Positions 1 through 8,123 of a stretch of 39,221 nucleotides of DNA are shown one piece after another. The notes beneath the pieces were generated by a model that had not been told where the DNA came from, made no database searches, and saw only the letters and a program-made list of their open reading frames with translations. The position numbers and the translations under genes are program-made. The stretch covers positions 1-39,221 of the IMG/VR virus record IMGVR_UViG_3300048861_000245, one strand, 5' to 3'. The DNA comes from a virus. Its lineage: Duplodnaviria > Caudoviricetes. Every line of letters starts with the position of its first letter. Within the stretch, counting starts at the first letter, position 1.

Positions 1-40
1 TTAACCGGCAGGTTCTTGGTTCGAGTCCAAGTCGGGGAGC
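1..40 (+). tRNA. 3' half of tRNA-Asn(GTT), probable att core; 5' half lies outside the window
   Basis: TTAA (end of anticodon loop), CCGGC (anticodon stem 3' strand), AGGTT (variable loop), T-arm CTTGG-TTCGAGT-CCAAG (15-31), acceptor strand TCGGGGA and discriminator G39. An implied 5' UCC start with G73 fits tRNA-Asn. Confidence 0.8.
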
Positions 41-336
41 AAGTAACGAAGCCCTCGGGCGTCTCCACCTCCGGAGCGCTCGGGGGCTTTCTTCGTTTCG
101 AAGAGGTAGCCGACCGAGACTTTCAGGTAGTCGGCGAACAGCTTGACGTCGTTAGCGTCCAGGGCGGTGCTGCCCTTGAGTCGGCGACTGATCCACATCT
201 CGGTAACCCCGAGCGCGGTCGCGACCTTGGATTGACTGATGTCCTCACGCGCGAGTTCCGCGCGGATGTTCCCAGCCACGATCCGGTTGTAGTCGGGGAT
301 CTCCGCGACTTCCGCAGCGCTACTTGTCTTTGCCAT
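1..336 (-). CDS. XRE-family HTH immunity repressor whose C-terminus is encoded by the antisense tRNA/att core
   Basis: HTH segment IRAELAREDISQSKVATALGVTEMWISRRLKG; divergent from cro; ends LLPDLDSNQEPAG* across the tRNA. Confidence 0.88.
   Translation of the reverse strand: MAKTSSAAEVAEIPDYNRIVAGNIRAELAREDISQSKVATALGVTEMWISRRLKGSTALDANDVKLFADYLKVSVGYLFETKKAPERSGGGDARGLRYLLPDLDSNQEPAG
49..98 (+). terminator. Intrinsic terminator-like hairpin downstream of the tRNA 3' end
   Basis: AAGCCCTCGGGCG (49-61) pairs with CGCTCGGGGGCTT (77-89), followed by TCTTCGTTT. Confidence 0.65.
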
Positions 337-343
337 GCGTCAC

Positions 344-372
344 ACAATAACTGATTCCGTTACAGATGTCAC
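344..372 (-). promoter_or_regulatory. Repressor promoter, probably leaderless
   Basis: Minus strand GTGACA-17 nt-TATTGT, 7 nt before the ATG; no SD sequence. Confidence 0.65.
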
Positions 373-407
373 TCCCCGTGTGACAAGTGACACGCTGAGC
401 GTTACTG

Positions 408-468
408 CGACACGCCGGATGAGTCGTTTGCTGTTGCATGTCTCACGATCCGTGCAACTATCTAACGC
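408..468 (+). promoter_or_regulatory. Early (cro) promoter, probably leaderless, with candidate operator half-sites nearby
   Basis: TTGCAT (434-439) and extended -10-like TGcAACTAT (453-461), 7 nt before the ATG. CGTTAC half-sites at 358-363 and 400-405, inverted at 482-487. Confidence 0.5.
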
Positions 469-744
469 ATGGCGATAGAAAGTAACGCTGACGTAGCTCG
501 GGAAGTTCGAGCGAGTGCCGCCCGGGAGCAGATCACGTACGCCGATCTCGCTCGGGAGCTCCGGATCTCTCGGATGGCGATGTCTCGTCGGATGCGGGGC
601 GAAACGCCCTTTACGCCCGAAGAGCTGATCAAGGTCGCTCGGAAGCTGCGCATCCCCGTCGTCACGTTCTTCACGGGTTCGCCCGCATCATCCGCATTGC
701 AAGCCGAGATCGACGAAGACATCTCGGTAGCGACCGCGGCCTGA
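469..744 (+). CDS. Cro-like XRE HTH regulator
   Basis: HTH segment TYADLARELRISRMAMSRRMRGETPF; divergent from the repressor and first gene of the early operon. Confidence 0.85.
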   Translation: MAIESNADVAREVRASAAREQITYADLARELRISRMAMSRRMRGETPFTPEELIKVARKLRIPVVTFFTGSPASSALQAEIDEDISVATAA

Positions 745-756
745 CATTCACCAATC

Positions 757-788
757 AGGCCGGGCGACCCGAAATCGCCGGCCTTCTC
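757..788 (+). terminator. Hairpin after cro (tR1-like attenuator)
   Basis: AGGCCG(G)GCGA, loop CCCGAAA, TCGCCGGCCT, then a weak TCTC tail. Confidence 0.45.
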
Positions 789-807
789 ACCCAAGGGGCA
801 ACGACAC

Positions 808-1593
808 ATGATTCCCAGGTTCCTCTCCTCAGTGCGCTCGAAAACGACGCCAATCGCCCGGAAGTACGGTGCTTTCGGCCTCGCTACCGCCGGTGTCATC
901 GGCATGGCGATCGGTGGAGCACAGTCCGCACGTGCCGATGCTGCGCCGTACACGCTCGTCGCTTGGCAGGTGACGGCGGGTCACCAGTTCGACGCCGATC
1001 AGCCGTTCATCACGTCTCTGCCGGGTGCGATGTCTCTGGACGCGCTGGATGCGCAGCTTGCGGTGCAGGCGTGCGGCCAGCTCGTGCAGGTGGACCTCTA
1101 CAACGACGTGGATTCGCATGGCACGCCGGTGTCGTCGCTCTGGGCGGACGGCGTGCTGCATCCGGATCACGACGGCGGGTTCTTGGCCTACAACGTGTTG
1201 CCGACGCCGTACAAGCTGGTTCAGGAGCCGGCGTGTGTGACGTCGAGTCCGACGCCCACTGGTTCCCCTTCGTCGCCTGAAACGCCAGAACCGACGGCAA
1301 CGGGGACACCTTCCTCGGCACCGTCCACTCCTGCGACGTCGGCTCCGACACCGAGTGGCTCGCCGACGACGAGCGTGCCCACGCCTACTCGTACCGCAGT
1401 CCCGGCTGTCGGCTCGAGTTCGTCCGGTACTCCGACAACAACAGCTGCGGGGACGCACGGACCGGCAGAGCTCGCGTACACGGGTTCGTCGTCGACGTGG
1501 CCACTGTGGGTCGGTGCCGGTGCGCTGCTGATCATCGCCGGTGCTGTGGTCGCGTTCGCGGGCCGCCGTCAGTCGAAGCGGGCCGTCCGATGA
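808..1593 (+). CDS. Secreted, sortase-anchored (LAXTG) cell-wall protein with a Pro/Ser/Thr-rich stalk
   Basis: Signal peptide ending ARA; ~100-aa domain with 2 Cys; PTS-rich linker; LAYTG, then a hydrophobic helix and a basic tail RRQSKR. Confidence 0.85.
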   Translation: MIPRFLSSVRSKTTPIARKYGAFGLATAGVIGMAIGGAQSARADAAPYTLVAWQVTAGHQFDADQPFITSLPGAMSLDALDAQLAVQACGQLVQVDLYNDVDSHGTPVSSLWADGVLHPDHDGGFLAYNVLPTPYKLVQEPACVTSSPTPTGSPSSPETPEPTATGTPSSAPSTPATSAPTPSGSPTTSVPTPTRTAVPAVGSSSSGTPTTTAAGTHGPAELAYTGSSSTWPLWVGAGALLIIAGAVVAFAGRRQSKRAVR

Positions 1594-1982
1594 AACGCGG
1601 GCTGACGCCGGCCAGGGATCTCCGTCCAGGGGACGTGGTGTGGCTCTGGGGTGACGAGGTGCTCGTCGAGCGGATCGACTTCGATTCGCAGCAGCTTCTG
1701 AACGTCATCTACCGAAGCCCGACCGGTGAGCAGAAGTCGATGCGTCTCCTCGGCGAGGACATGGTCGCTCTCGCGTCCGGGTGGAGCGGCCCGCCAGCGG
1801 AACTGTCGCTGCAGGCACGGGTGGCGCTCCGCGGTGCTCCGTTCGGTGCAGTGATCGTGGTGCTCGCGATCCTCGGCATGCTGATGCACCTGCCGTGGGG
1901 TGGCGGACTGTCGTTCCTGATCGTCGTGCTGTGGCTCGTCGGTGTGGTGCGGATGGTTACGACACCCGAGCGTCGGCGGTGA
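1590..1982 (+). CDS. Membrane protein (small N-terminal beta domain plus 2 TM helices)
   Basis: ATGA overlap with the upstream stop; two C-terminal hydrophobic segments. Confidence 0.7.
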   Translation: MKRGLTPARDLRPGDVVWLWGDEVLVERIDFDSQQLLNVIYRSPTGEQKSMRLLGEDMVALASGWSGPPAELSLQARVALRGAPFGAVIVVLAILGMLMHLPWGGGLSFLIVVLWLVGVVRMVTTPERRR

Positions 1983-2269
1983 CCGCTGTGGGGAAACCGA
2001 CCGACGACGAACTGCTCGCAGCGCTCGACTTCACCCCCGCGAAGCCGTTGTGCGCGGGCGGGTGGAACACCTGGTCGGGTGTGCGTGCCTGCTCCGAGGT
2101 AGCGACGCATCAGGCGAAGTGCCCCGGCTGCGACACGTGGAACTTGATCTGCGACTCGCACAAGAAGGCGATGGGGAAGTTCGAACGGTCCGGGATGCGG
2201 TGCGGTTTCTGCCGGCAGGCGTTCTACGCGTCCGACTTCCAGACCCGGCCGATCGGTTCGGTGTCGTGA
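1979..2269 (+). CDS. Cys-rich putative Zn-binding protein
   Basis: GTGA coupling; CPGC, CDSH and CGFC motifs. Confidence 0.65.
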   Translation: MTAVGKPTDDELLAALDFTPAKPLCAGGWNTWSGVRACSEVATHQAKCPGCDTWNLICDSHKKAMGKFERSGMRCGFCRQAFYASDFQTRPIGSVS

Positions 2270-2805
2270 TCGTCGCAGGGCTCGACCTTTCGCTCGCCAA
2301 CACCGGTGTGACGGTCATCCGGGACGGGCAGACGCTGCTGCACCGGATCGATGAGGAAGCCGACGGTAGCCCGTTGCAGGCATGGCGGCGCATCAAAGCG
2401 TCAGCCGGCCGGATCGTCGGCCGCGTGCCCACCGACGCGCTCGTGGTGCTTGAGGGTCCGTCGTGGGGGTCGAAGTTCGGGAAGCCCGACGAACGGCACG
2501 CGCAGCGGTGGATCGTCCGCGGCACGCTCCTCGAGCGCGGCCACCAGGTGGTGGTCGTGTCGCCGGGCACTCGGGCGAAGTACGCGGCGAACAGCGGCAA
2601 CGCGGACAAGAAAGCAGTGCTCGCGGCGATGCGTGCACGGCACCCGGATTTGCGGATCCGGGATCACAACGTCGCGGACTCCCTCGCTCTCGCGGCGATG
2701 GGTGCGCGGTACCTCGGGGAGCCGATCGACGGCGCTCCGAGCAAGCAACAGACCGAGGCCATGGACGCGGTGTCCTGGCCAATCAGTGAAGGGATCACGC
2801 GATGA
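2266..2805 (+). CDS. RuvC-like Holliday junction resolvase
   Basis: GLDLSLANTG, VVLEGPS, KYAANSGNADK and HNVADSLALA motifs. Confidence 0.85.
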   Translation: MIVAGLDLSLANTGVTVIRDGQTLLHRIDEEADGSPLQAWRRIKASAGRIVGRVPTDALVVLEGPSWGSKFGKPDERHAQRWIVRGTLLERGHQVVVVSPGTRAKYAANSGNADKKAVLAAMRARHPDLRIRDHNVADSLALAAMGARYLGEPIDGAPSKQQTEAMDAVSWPISEGITR

Positions 2806-3110
2806 GCGTGCAGTTCGCCCCTGGGGGCATCAAGGACGAAAACAACGGCCTTGCCGCGATGACCGACGAGCTCCTCGATTTCAGCGACGCGGATCGTGTG
2901 GTCGCGATCGTCACGTACAAGGTGACGAAGAAGACGCAGGACGTGGAGAAGGGCGAGGACTACCCGGTTCTGAAGATCACCCACATCGAGCCGGTGCGGT
3001 CGGAGCAGAACATCCTCCAGGTGCAGGAGATCGCTTCCGCGGAGCACCAGACACGGACGGGCGACACCTCGCTCGACCTCGGCCTCAACGTCGAGGACGG
3101 TGCCGAGTGA
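2802..3110 (+). CDS. Hypothetical phage protein
   Basis: ATGA-coupled ORF with GC-rich third codon positions. Confidence 0.7.
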   Translation: MSVQFAPGGIKDENNGLAAMTDELLDFSDADRVVAIVTYKVTKKTQDVEKGEDYPVLKITHIEPVRSEQNILQVQEIASAEHQTRTGDTSLDLGLNVEDGAE

Positions 3111-3352
3111 GCACCGCAGCACGGAAGGCGCGCAAGCGGCTCGATCGCTGGATTCGCGATGAGCGCATGGACCTCCCGACCGGATTCCAGCGGCCGGTGA
3201 AGGTCGGCACGCCAATCACGGAGCGCGCGGCTATGCAGCAGCGGGCCATCTACGAGCCCGGCGCACAGACGGCGAAGCGTTTCGGGTTCACCAGCAAGGC
3301 CAAGCGCGCGCTCCGTGCTCGCGGTGTGGCAATCGATGAAGGGAACAACTGA
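3107..3352 (+). CDS. Basic hypothetical protein
   Basis: GTGA-coupled; fills the gap exactly (MSTAARKARKR...). Confidence 0.6.
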   Translation: MSTAARKARKRLDRWIRDERMDLPTGFQRPVKVGTPITERAAMQQRAIYEPGAQTAKRFGFTSKAKRALRARGVAIDEGNN

Positions 3353-4203
3353 TGACGAACCTCGACCTTGACGAGCTCACCCTCGCCGCCGGCGGCCACA
3401 CGAACATCGAAGAGGGTGCATGCCTGCTCGAGGCGGCTTCATACCTCGCGGGGGAGCCGTGGTCGGATCACCCGAAATGCGTCAGCCCGGTGCTGGGCGC
3501 GTTCGGACGCCGCCTGAACGACCTTCTTCCCGACGACGAGCGACAGCTGCTCCGCCCGTACATTCCGCAGCTGCTCAACACTCGCGACGACGGTCAGGAC
3601 GAGCGACGTCGGTGGATGTCCACGGACTGGGCGGTGCGAGTCGCCACACCTCGTGTGCTTGACGCTGCTGGCCTCTCGGAACGTGCGGCTGAGCTTCGAG
3701 CGCTGCCGCCGGTGGTCGACTATGCCACGGCGGATAAGGCTCGGGACGTCGCTCGACTGGCGCGTGATGATGCGTGGATCGCTCGCAAGCGTGCGACTGA
3801 TTCCCTCCGGGTGCGCATCGAAGCCGAGCTGAAGAAGCGAGGCAAGACTGCCGCTGTCGCTGTCGCTGCCGCTGTCGCTGCCGCTGTCGCTGCCGCTGAC
3901 GCTGACGCTGCCGCTGCCGCTGCCGCTGTCGCTGCCGCTGACGCTGCCGCTGCCGCTGTCGCTGTCGCTGTCGCTGTCGCTGCCGCTGTCGCTGCCGCTG
4001 ACGCTGCCGCTGACGCTGACGCTGCCGCTGACGCTGATTCCAGCGAAGTTTGGAGCAAGGTCTACTGGGCCGTTCGCAACAAGCTCTCCGCCAAGAACAT
4101 CGAAGAGTGGGCCCCAAAATACGCGGAGGCGAATCGGACCAACCGGCTTGAAGCGATCGAGCTGCTCGGCCGCATGATCGACCCGAAGAAGGCCGACTCG
4201 TGA
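3352..4203 (+). CDS. Hypothetical protein with an Ala-rich repeat insert
   Basis: N-terminal GACLLEAASYLAGEPWSDHPKCVSPVL domain followed by (A/V/D)-A repeats; coupled at both ends. Confidence 0.8.
   Translation: MTNLDLDELTLAAGGHTNIEEGACLLEAASYLAGEPWSDHPKCVSPVLGAFGRRLNDLLPDDERQLLRPYIPQLLNTRDDGQDERRRWMSTDWAVRVATPRVLDAAGLSERAAELRALPPVVDYATADKARDVARLARDDAWIARKRATDSLRVRIEAELKKRGKTAAVAVAAAVAAAVAAADADAAAAAAAVAAADAAAAAVAVAVAVAAAVAAADAAADADAAADADSSEVWSKVYWAVRNKLSAKNIEEWAPKYAEANRTNRLEAIELLGRMIDPKKADS
3850..4035 (+). repeat. 31 tandem copies of hexamer G[C/T/A]CGCT
   Basis: Read directly from the sequence; only position 2 of the unit varies. Confidence 0.95.
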
Positions 4204-5297
4204 TCGCCACGGACGACCGCCTCGCGATCATCGCCGACATCGAAGCCCGGGCAGGCGCATCCGACGAGGACCGACCGGCTTGGTTGGCGGAACGTCAAAG
4301 CGGAATCACCGCGACGGAGATCCGGGACCTGTACCTCCGGAAGATCACCGTGCAGCGGCTCATCGAGCAGAAACTGTCGAAGCCGGGCCCGCCGCTCCGC
4401 GCGCACGCGGTGCTGTGGGGTCGTCTCCGTGAGCCGCAGATCGCACTGCACGTGCATCGCACCCACGGGTTGAAGCCCGAATCGCGGGTGTTCCGCGCCG
4501 TCGACAATCCCCGATTCCTCGCTTCCCCGGACGCATGGGGTTTCGACCTGGTGGACGGGCTGCTCGAGGTCGCGGAGTGCAAGACGAGCAAGCACAACAT
4601 CGGTCTCGGTTCGGTCGATTACGTCCGGAACGGGTACGAGATTCAGCAGCAGTGGGTGATGCGGGTGCTCGGAGCTGCACGGTCGATCTACGCGTGGGAG
4701 CAGCACGACGACGACTGGCAGGACCGTGGCGGTGAGTTCCCGGAGCCGATGCCGTTGAACCTGTTCCCGACGCTCGAGGTTGTGGAACGCGACGACGCTC
4801 TGATCGCGGAGCTCGAAGTCATCGCGACAGGGTTCCTCGCGGCGTTGGACGCTGCGAAGGCGGGGGAGCCTGCACCGTTCGACGATGAGGTGGACACGCA
4901 TGCCGTGAACTACCTCCGCGGCCTCGATGAGGAGAAGGCCGGCGCGGTGCTGAAGAAGACGCACTGGGAGTGGCTGCTCGACCGTTTGACGACCGATGAG
5001 GCGTACTCGCAGGAGTCGCCGCTGGCTCGGGTTTCGTTCTCGCCGGCGGTTGAGGAAACGCGGCCGCTGTTCAGCACGGATGTGGAGGCGGCGAAGTCGG
5101 CAGCCCCGAATCTGTATCTGCAGGAGCAGCTCGCGTTGGAGGAACTCGAGTCGGCGCAGCAGCACGCACGCGAGGCGTCCGGGGCGGTGCGTGAGCACGA
5201 GAAGCAGTTCACGACCCAGACGGGCTCGGAGCTGGTTCAGACGAAGAAGCCGGCGTTGCGCGTCACGGAGCCGAAGCAGCAGAAGGGGGACCGCTGA
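4200..5297 (+). CDS. YqaJ-like (lambda exonuclease family) recombination nuclease
   Basis: WLAERQSGITATE, WGRLREP, LASPDA and ECKT motifs, plus QQQW. Confidence 0.85.
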   Translation: MIATDDRLAIIADIEARAGASDEDRPAWLAERQSGITATEIRDLYLRKITVQRLIEQKLSKPGPPLRAHAVLWGRLREPQIALHVHRTHGLKPESRVFRAVDNPRFLASPDAWGFDLVDGLLEVAECKTSKHNIGLGSVDYVRNGYEIQQQWVMRVLGAARSIYAWEQHDDDWQDRGGEFPEPMPLNLFPTLEVVERDDALIAELEVIATGFLAALDAAKAGEPAPFDDEVDTHAVNYLRGLDEEKAGAVLKKTHWEWLLDRLTTDEAYSQESPLARVSFSPAVEETRPLFSTDVEAAKSAAPNLYLQEQLALEELESAQQHAREASGAVREHEKQFTTQTGSELVQTKKPALRVTEPKQQKGDR

Positions 5298-6433
5298 TGG
5301 CGCTGCAAACACGGAAACCTACGGGTCTCGCTCCGTTCCCGGTGGGGTTGCTCGCTGGGAAGGAGAAGACGGGTAAGTCGTATGCGATCGCGGTCGCTTC
5401 AGCGTCGCCGCTGCTCGGTCGGACGTTGTGGGTGTCGATCGGGGAGAACGACCCTGACGAGTACATCAACGTGCCCGGGTCGGACTTCGAGATCGTCGTG
5501 AACGACGGTTCCTATCGGGGGATCCTGCAGGCGTTCAAGGATGCTGTCGCGGAGCCGCGGAAGGACGGGAAACCGACCCTGCTGGCGGCGGATTCGATGA
5601 CCAGGTTGTGGAACCTGATCACGGAGAACGCGCAGCAGGTAGCGAACCGTCGCGCGAAGGGCAAACGGAACGCGGCGTCGGGGGATTACGCGATCTCGAT
5701 GGATCTGTGGAACGTCGCCGCGCAGCAGTGGAAAGACGTGATGGACGTGATCCGTTCCCACGACGGTCCGGTGCTGTTGACAGCTCGTCTCGAGGAGACG
5801 GTCGTCATGGACGAGGGGCAGCCGACGAAGGATCGGGTGTGGAAGGTGCAGGGTCACAAGTCCCTCGCGTTCGACGTCGACTTCGTGATCCAGATGCGGG
5901 ATCGGGGCCAGTACCTGCTGACCGGGGTGCGGTCGGCGAAATCGCCGCTCGCGGAACCGATCGAGTGGCCGAACTGGACGGCGACGGACCAGTGGTTGCG
6001 GATGGGTGTGCAGTCGGGTGCTGTCGGTCCTCGGCATCACTCGAACGTTGTCACGGACTCGTCTGACGCTCCGTCGGATGTTGTTCAGCAGGAGATCGTG
6101 CCAGCACCCGAGTCGTCGGGCCGTGACTGGTTCGAGGAAGCGAAAGCGTTGACGTCCCCGGATCAGGCGAACGCGTTGTGGAACGAGATCCCTCGCGGGG
6201 AGCGTTCGACGAAGCTGCAGGCGCACATCGCGTCGGTGATCGCTGGTGCTGTGAAACCGGATCCTGCCGAGGGGTGGGCGAAGCCGAAAGACGAGTCAGC
6301 GGAGTGGTCGACGGATGCACCTTCGGAGTACGACGACGTTCCCACGGATGATGAGGCTGAGGCGTCGATGGCGCTCGAGGGGATGGAGCCGCCGACGGAT
6401 GAGCCTGCTGGGAACGGCGGGTACGACCGATGA
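5297..6433 (+). CDS. AAA-family ATPase (Sak4-like recombinase) with acidic tail
   Basis: Walker A GKEKTGKS and Walker B-like LAADS; adjacent to the exonuclease. Confidence 0.8.
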   Translation: MALQTRKPTGLAPFPVGLLAGKEKTGKSYAIAVASASPLLGRTLWVSIGENDPDEYINVPGSDFEIVVNDGSYRGILQAFKDAVAEPRKDGKPTLLAADSMTRLWNLITENAQQVANRRAKGKRNAASGDYAISMDLWNVAAQQWKDVMDVIRSHDGPVLLTARLEETVVMDEGQPTKDRVWKVQGHKSLAFDVDFVIQMRDRGQYLLTGVRSAKSPLAEPIEWPNWTATDQWLRMGVQSGAVGPRHHSNVVTDSSDAPSDVVQQEIVPAPESSGRDWFEEAKALTSPDQANALWNEIPRGERSTKLQAHIASVIAGAVKPDPAEGWAKPKDESAEWSTDAPSEYDDVPTDDEAEASMALEGMEPPTDEPAGNGGYDR

Positions 6434-6723
6434 CTGCGACGCCGGTCCACGTCGTGACGGTGTTCTCGCCCACGTCGCAGCAGACCGAGAACATTGCCGC
6501 ATTCAGCGACCTCGCGGAAGCGAAGAAGCTGGCGGAGGAGCACCTCGAGATGCTCGGCGAGACGCTCGCGATCCGCGACGCGCGCATGTTCGTCGAGGAG
6601 TGGCACGGAGGCGACTTCCACGCCCATCGGGAACTACGCCGGCAGCCGGTGAGCGGTGGCGAGCACCTCCAGTGGTTCGTGTCTGAAGCGCCCGCGTTCG
6701 CGTCTATCGAGGAGCTGCCGTGA
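6430..6723 (+). CDS. Hypothetical protein
   Basis: Coupled ORF in the operon. Confidence 0.65.
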   Translation: MTATPVHVVTVFSPTSQQTENIAAFSDLAEAKKLAEEHLEMLGETLAIRDARMFVEEWHGGDFHAHRELRRQPVSGGEHLQWFVSEAPAFASIEELP

Positions 6724-7196
6724 GTGACCCTCAGCCGCTCGAGCCGTACGTCGTTCAGCAGATGCGGGCGATCGGTCTCGAACCGGATCCGTCAGATTCG
6801 CTTCACAAGCGGGTTGTGATCGCGCTGCGGTCGACGGGTGGAGCTCCGCTCGGGGATCAGCTCGTCGCGTTGCAGTTCGCGTTCAACGGGGAGTTGCTGT
6901 CCGCGGGTCGGGAGTGGGCGGACGCGAAGTCCAAGTACGAGAACCACGTGAAAGCGGAAGCGACGCGTCTGCGTCGTGAGGAGCACATGTCAGCGACGGC
7001 CGCTCGGCTGGCTGCTGAGGGGGCGGTGGATGCGCTTGAGATGCGGCGTCGGGAGCTGGTCGCTGAGAAGCGGGAGCAGGCGATCCGGAAGTACCTCGAC
7101 ACGTTCCAGTCCGCGATGGATAACCACCGAACGAACCGTGCTGATTGGCGCGCGGTCGATACGTTCCACGCCCAAACGGGCGCGGGTGAGAGCTAG
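6720..7196 (+). CDS. Coiled-coil hypothetical protein
   Basis: Coupled ORF, helical and charged. Confidence 0.7.
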   Translation: MSDPQPLEPYVVQQMRAIGLEPDPSDSLHKRVVIALRSTGGAPLGDQLVALQFAFNGELLSAGREWADAKSKYENHVKAEATRLRREEHMSATAARLAAEGAVDALEMRRRELVAEKREQAIRKYLDTFQSAMDNHRTNRADWRAVDTFHAQTGAGES

Positions 7197-7204
7197 GAGA
7201 AGTC

Positions 7205-7411
7205 ATGGCTGATGAGCGCAAGGCGTATGCCGGCGATCTGACGTCGGATGCGATCGGGAAGCGTGTTCGGGTTCGGACGATGGCGGGTACGCCGACGGTC
7301 GACGCGGTGCAGCACTACCGGTCGGGGTTCAGCCGTCGAACGTTGGTGTCGTTCACAACGGGTGCGTCGACGGACCTATCCGACATTGAGGTACTCGAGG
7401 TGCTTCCGTGA
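7205..7411 (+). CDS. Hypothetical protein
   Basis: AGGAG RBS; coupled to the next gene. Confidence 0.65.
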   Translation: MADERKAYAGDLTSDAIGKRVRVRTMAGTPTVDAVQHYRSGFSRRTLVSFTTGASTDLSDIEVLEVLP

Positions 7412-7671
7412 CTGGGTTGACGACGCATGGTGCGTGTGGTGCGACGTGGAAGCAGCACGGTAACCGGACGGGGCATTGCGGTGTCTGCCATCGCACGTTC
7501 GAGGGTTCAGGGCTTTTCGACTGGCATCAGGAGTTGCAGGCCGATGGGTCGGTGATCTGCCGCGATCCGTCAAGACCGGAGTTCGCGAAGAAGGGTTTGC
7601 GGTTCCTGGACGGGACGTGGCGTGGTCCGGAGTGGGCGCGGAACGTGTTCGCGGAAGAGGTGGCGTCATGA
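7408..7671 (+). CDS. FDXHR-type Zn-binding phage protein
   Basis: HGAC...HCGVCHRTF...FDWHQ...C motif. Confidence 0.7.
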   Translation: MTGLTTHGACGATWKQHGNRTGHCGVCHRTFEGSGLFDWHQELQADGSVICRDPSRPEFAKKGLRFLDGTWRGPEWARNVFAEEVAS

Positions 7672-8123
7672 GCGCTCACGACTTGTACGCGGACGACTTT
7701 CCGCCGCATGGGACCACCCTCGGCTACGCGGCCGGCTGCCATTCGAATGGTGCCTGCCCGGGACGTGCGGAGCGGGGTCAAACGCGGTGGTGCGCGGCGA
7801 TGAGCACACCCGCGAGTGAATACCTGCGGACGCTGACGAATGGCGGGAACGTGTCTCTGCTGCAGCAGCCGCGGCGGGGCGTTTCGGCTGCTGACTTACG
7901 GGCGGCCGAGGACATGGTGCCCGAGGTGCTGTTCCGCATGTTCCAGCCGCACGAGGTTGCCGCTGGCATGGCCTTCCCCGCGGACTACGTGTGGCAGCCG
8001 GTTGATCGGCTCAAGCCGGTGTCGAACCGCGACCTCGTGAAGGCCGCCGGCAATGCGGTCACACCGCCAGCGGCACGCGACATCGGAATGATCGCCGTCG
8101 ATTCGATCGGAGATGCCGCATGA
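7668..8123 (+). pseudogene. Chimeric ORF: hypothetical N-terminus fused to the C-terminal part of a C5 cytosine DNA methyltransferase
   Basis: PHGTTLGYAAGCH start, then RMFQPHEVAAGMAFPADY and AGNAVTPPAA (motifs IX-X). No FxGxG or PC motif. Confidence 0.7.

Noticed and set aside
2266-2805. RuvC as a TnpB/Cas12-like RNA-guided nuclease
   Set aside because: It is only ~180 aa with resolvase motifs, has no Zn finger, and the coupled flanking genes leave no room for a guide RNA.
3850-4035. Repeat as a CRISPR array or DGR variable region
   Set aside because: There are no spacers, no template/variable repeat pair, and no cas or reverse transcriptase gene in the window.
3575-4240. Antisense ORF encoding a perfect (QR)n tract, in which the repeat variation is synonymous
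   Set aside because: Some frame always places the variable base at a wobble position. The + strand gene is coupled within the operon and has a protein-like N-terminus, and there is no independent support for the antisense ORF.
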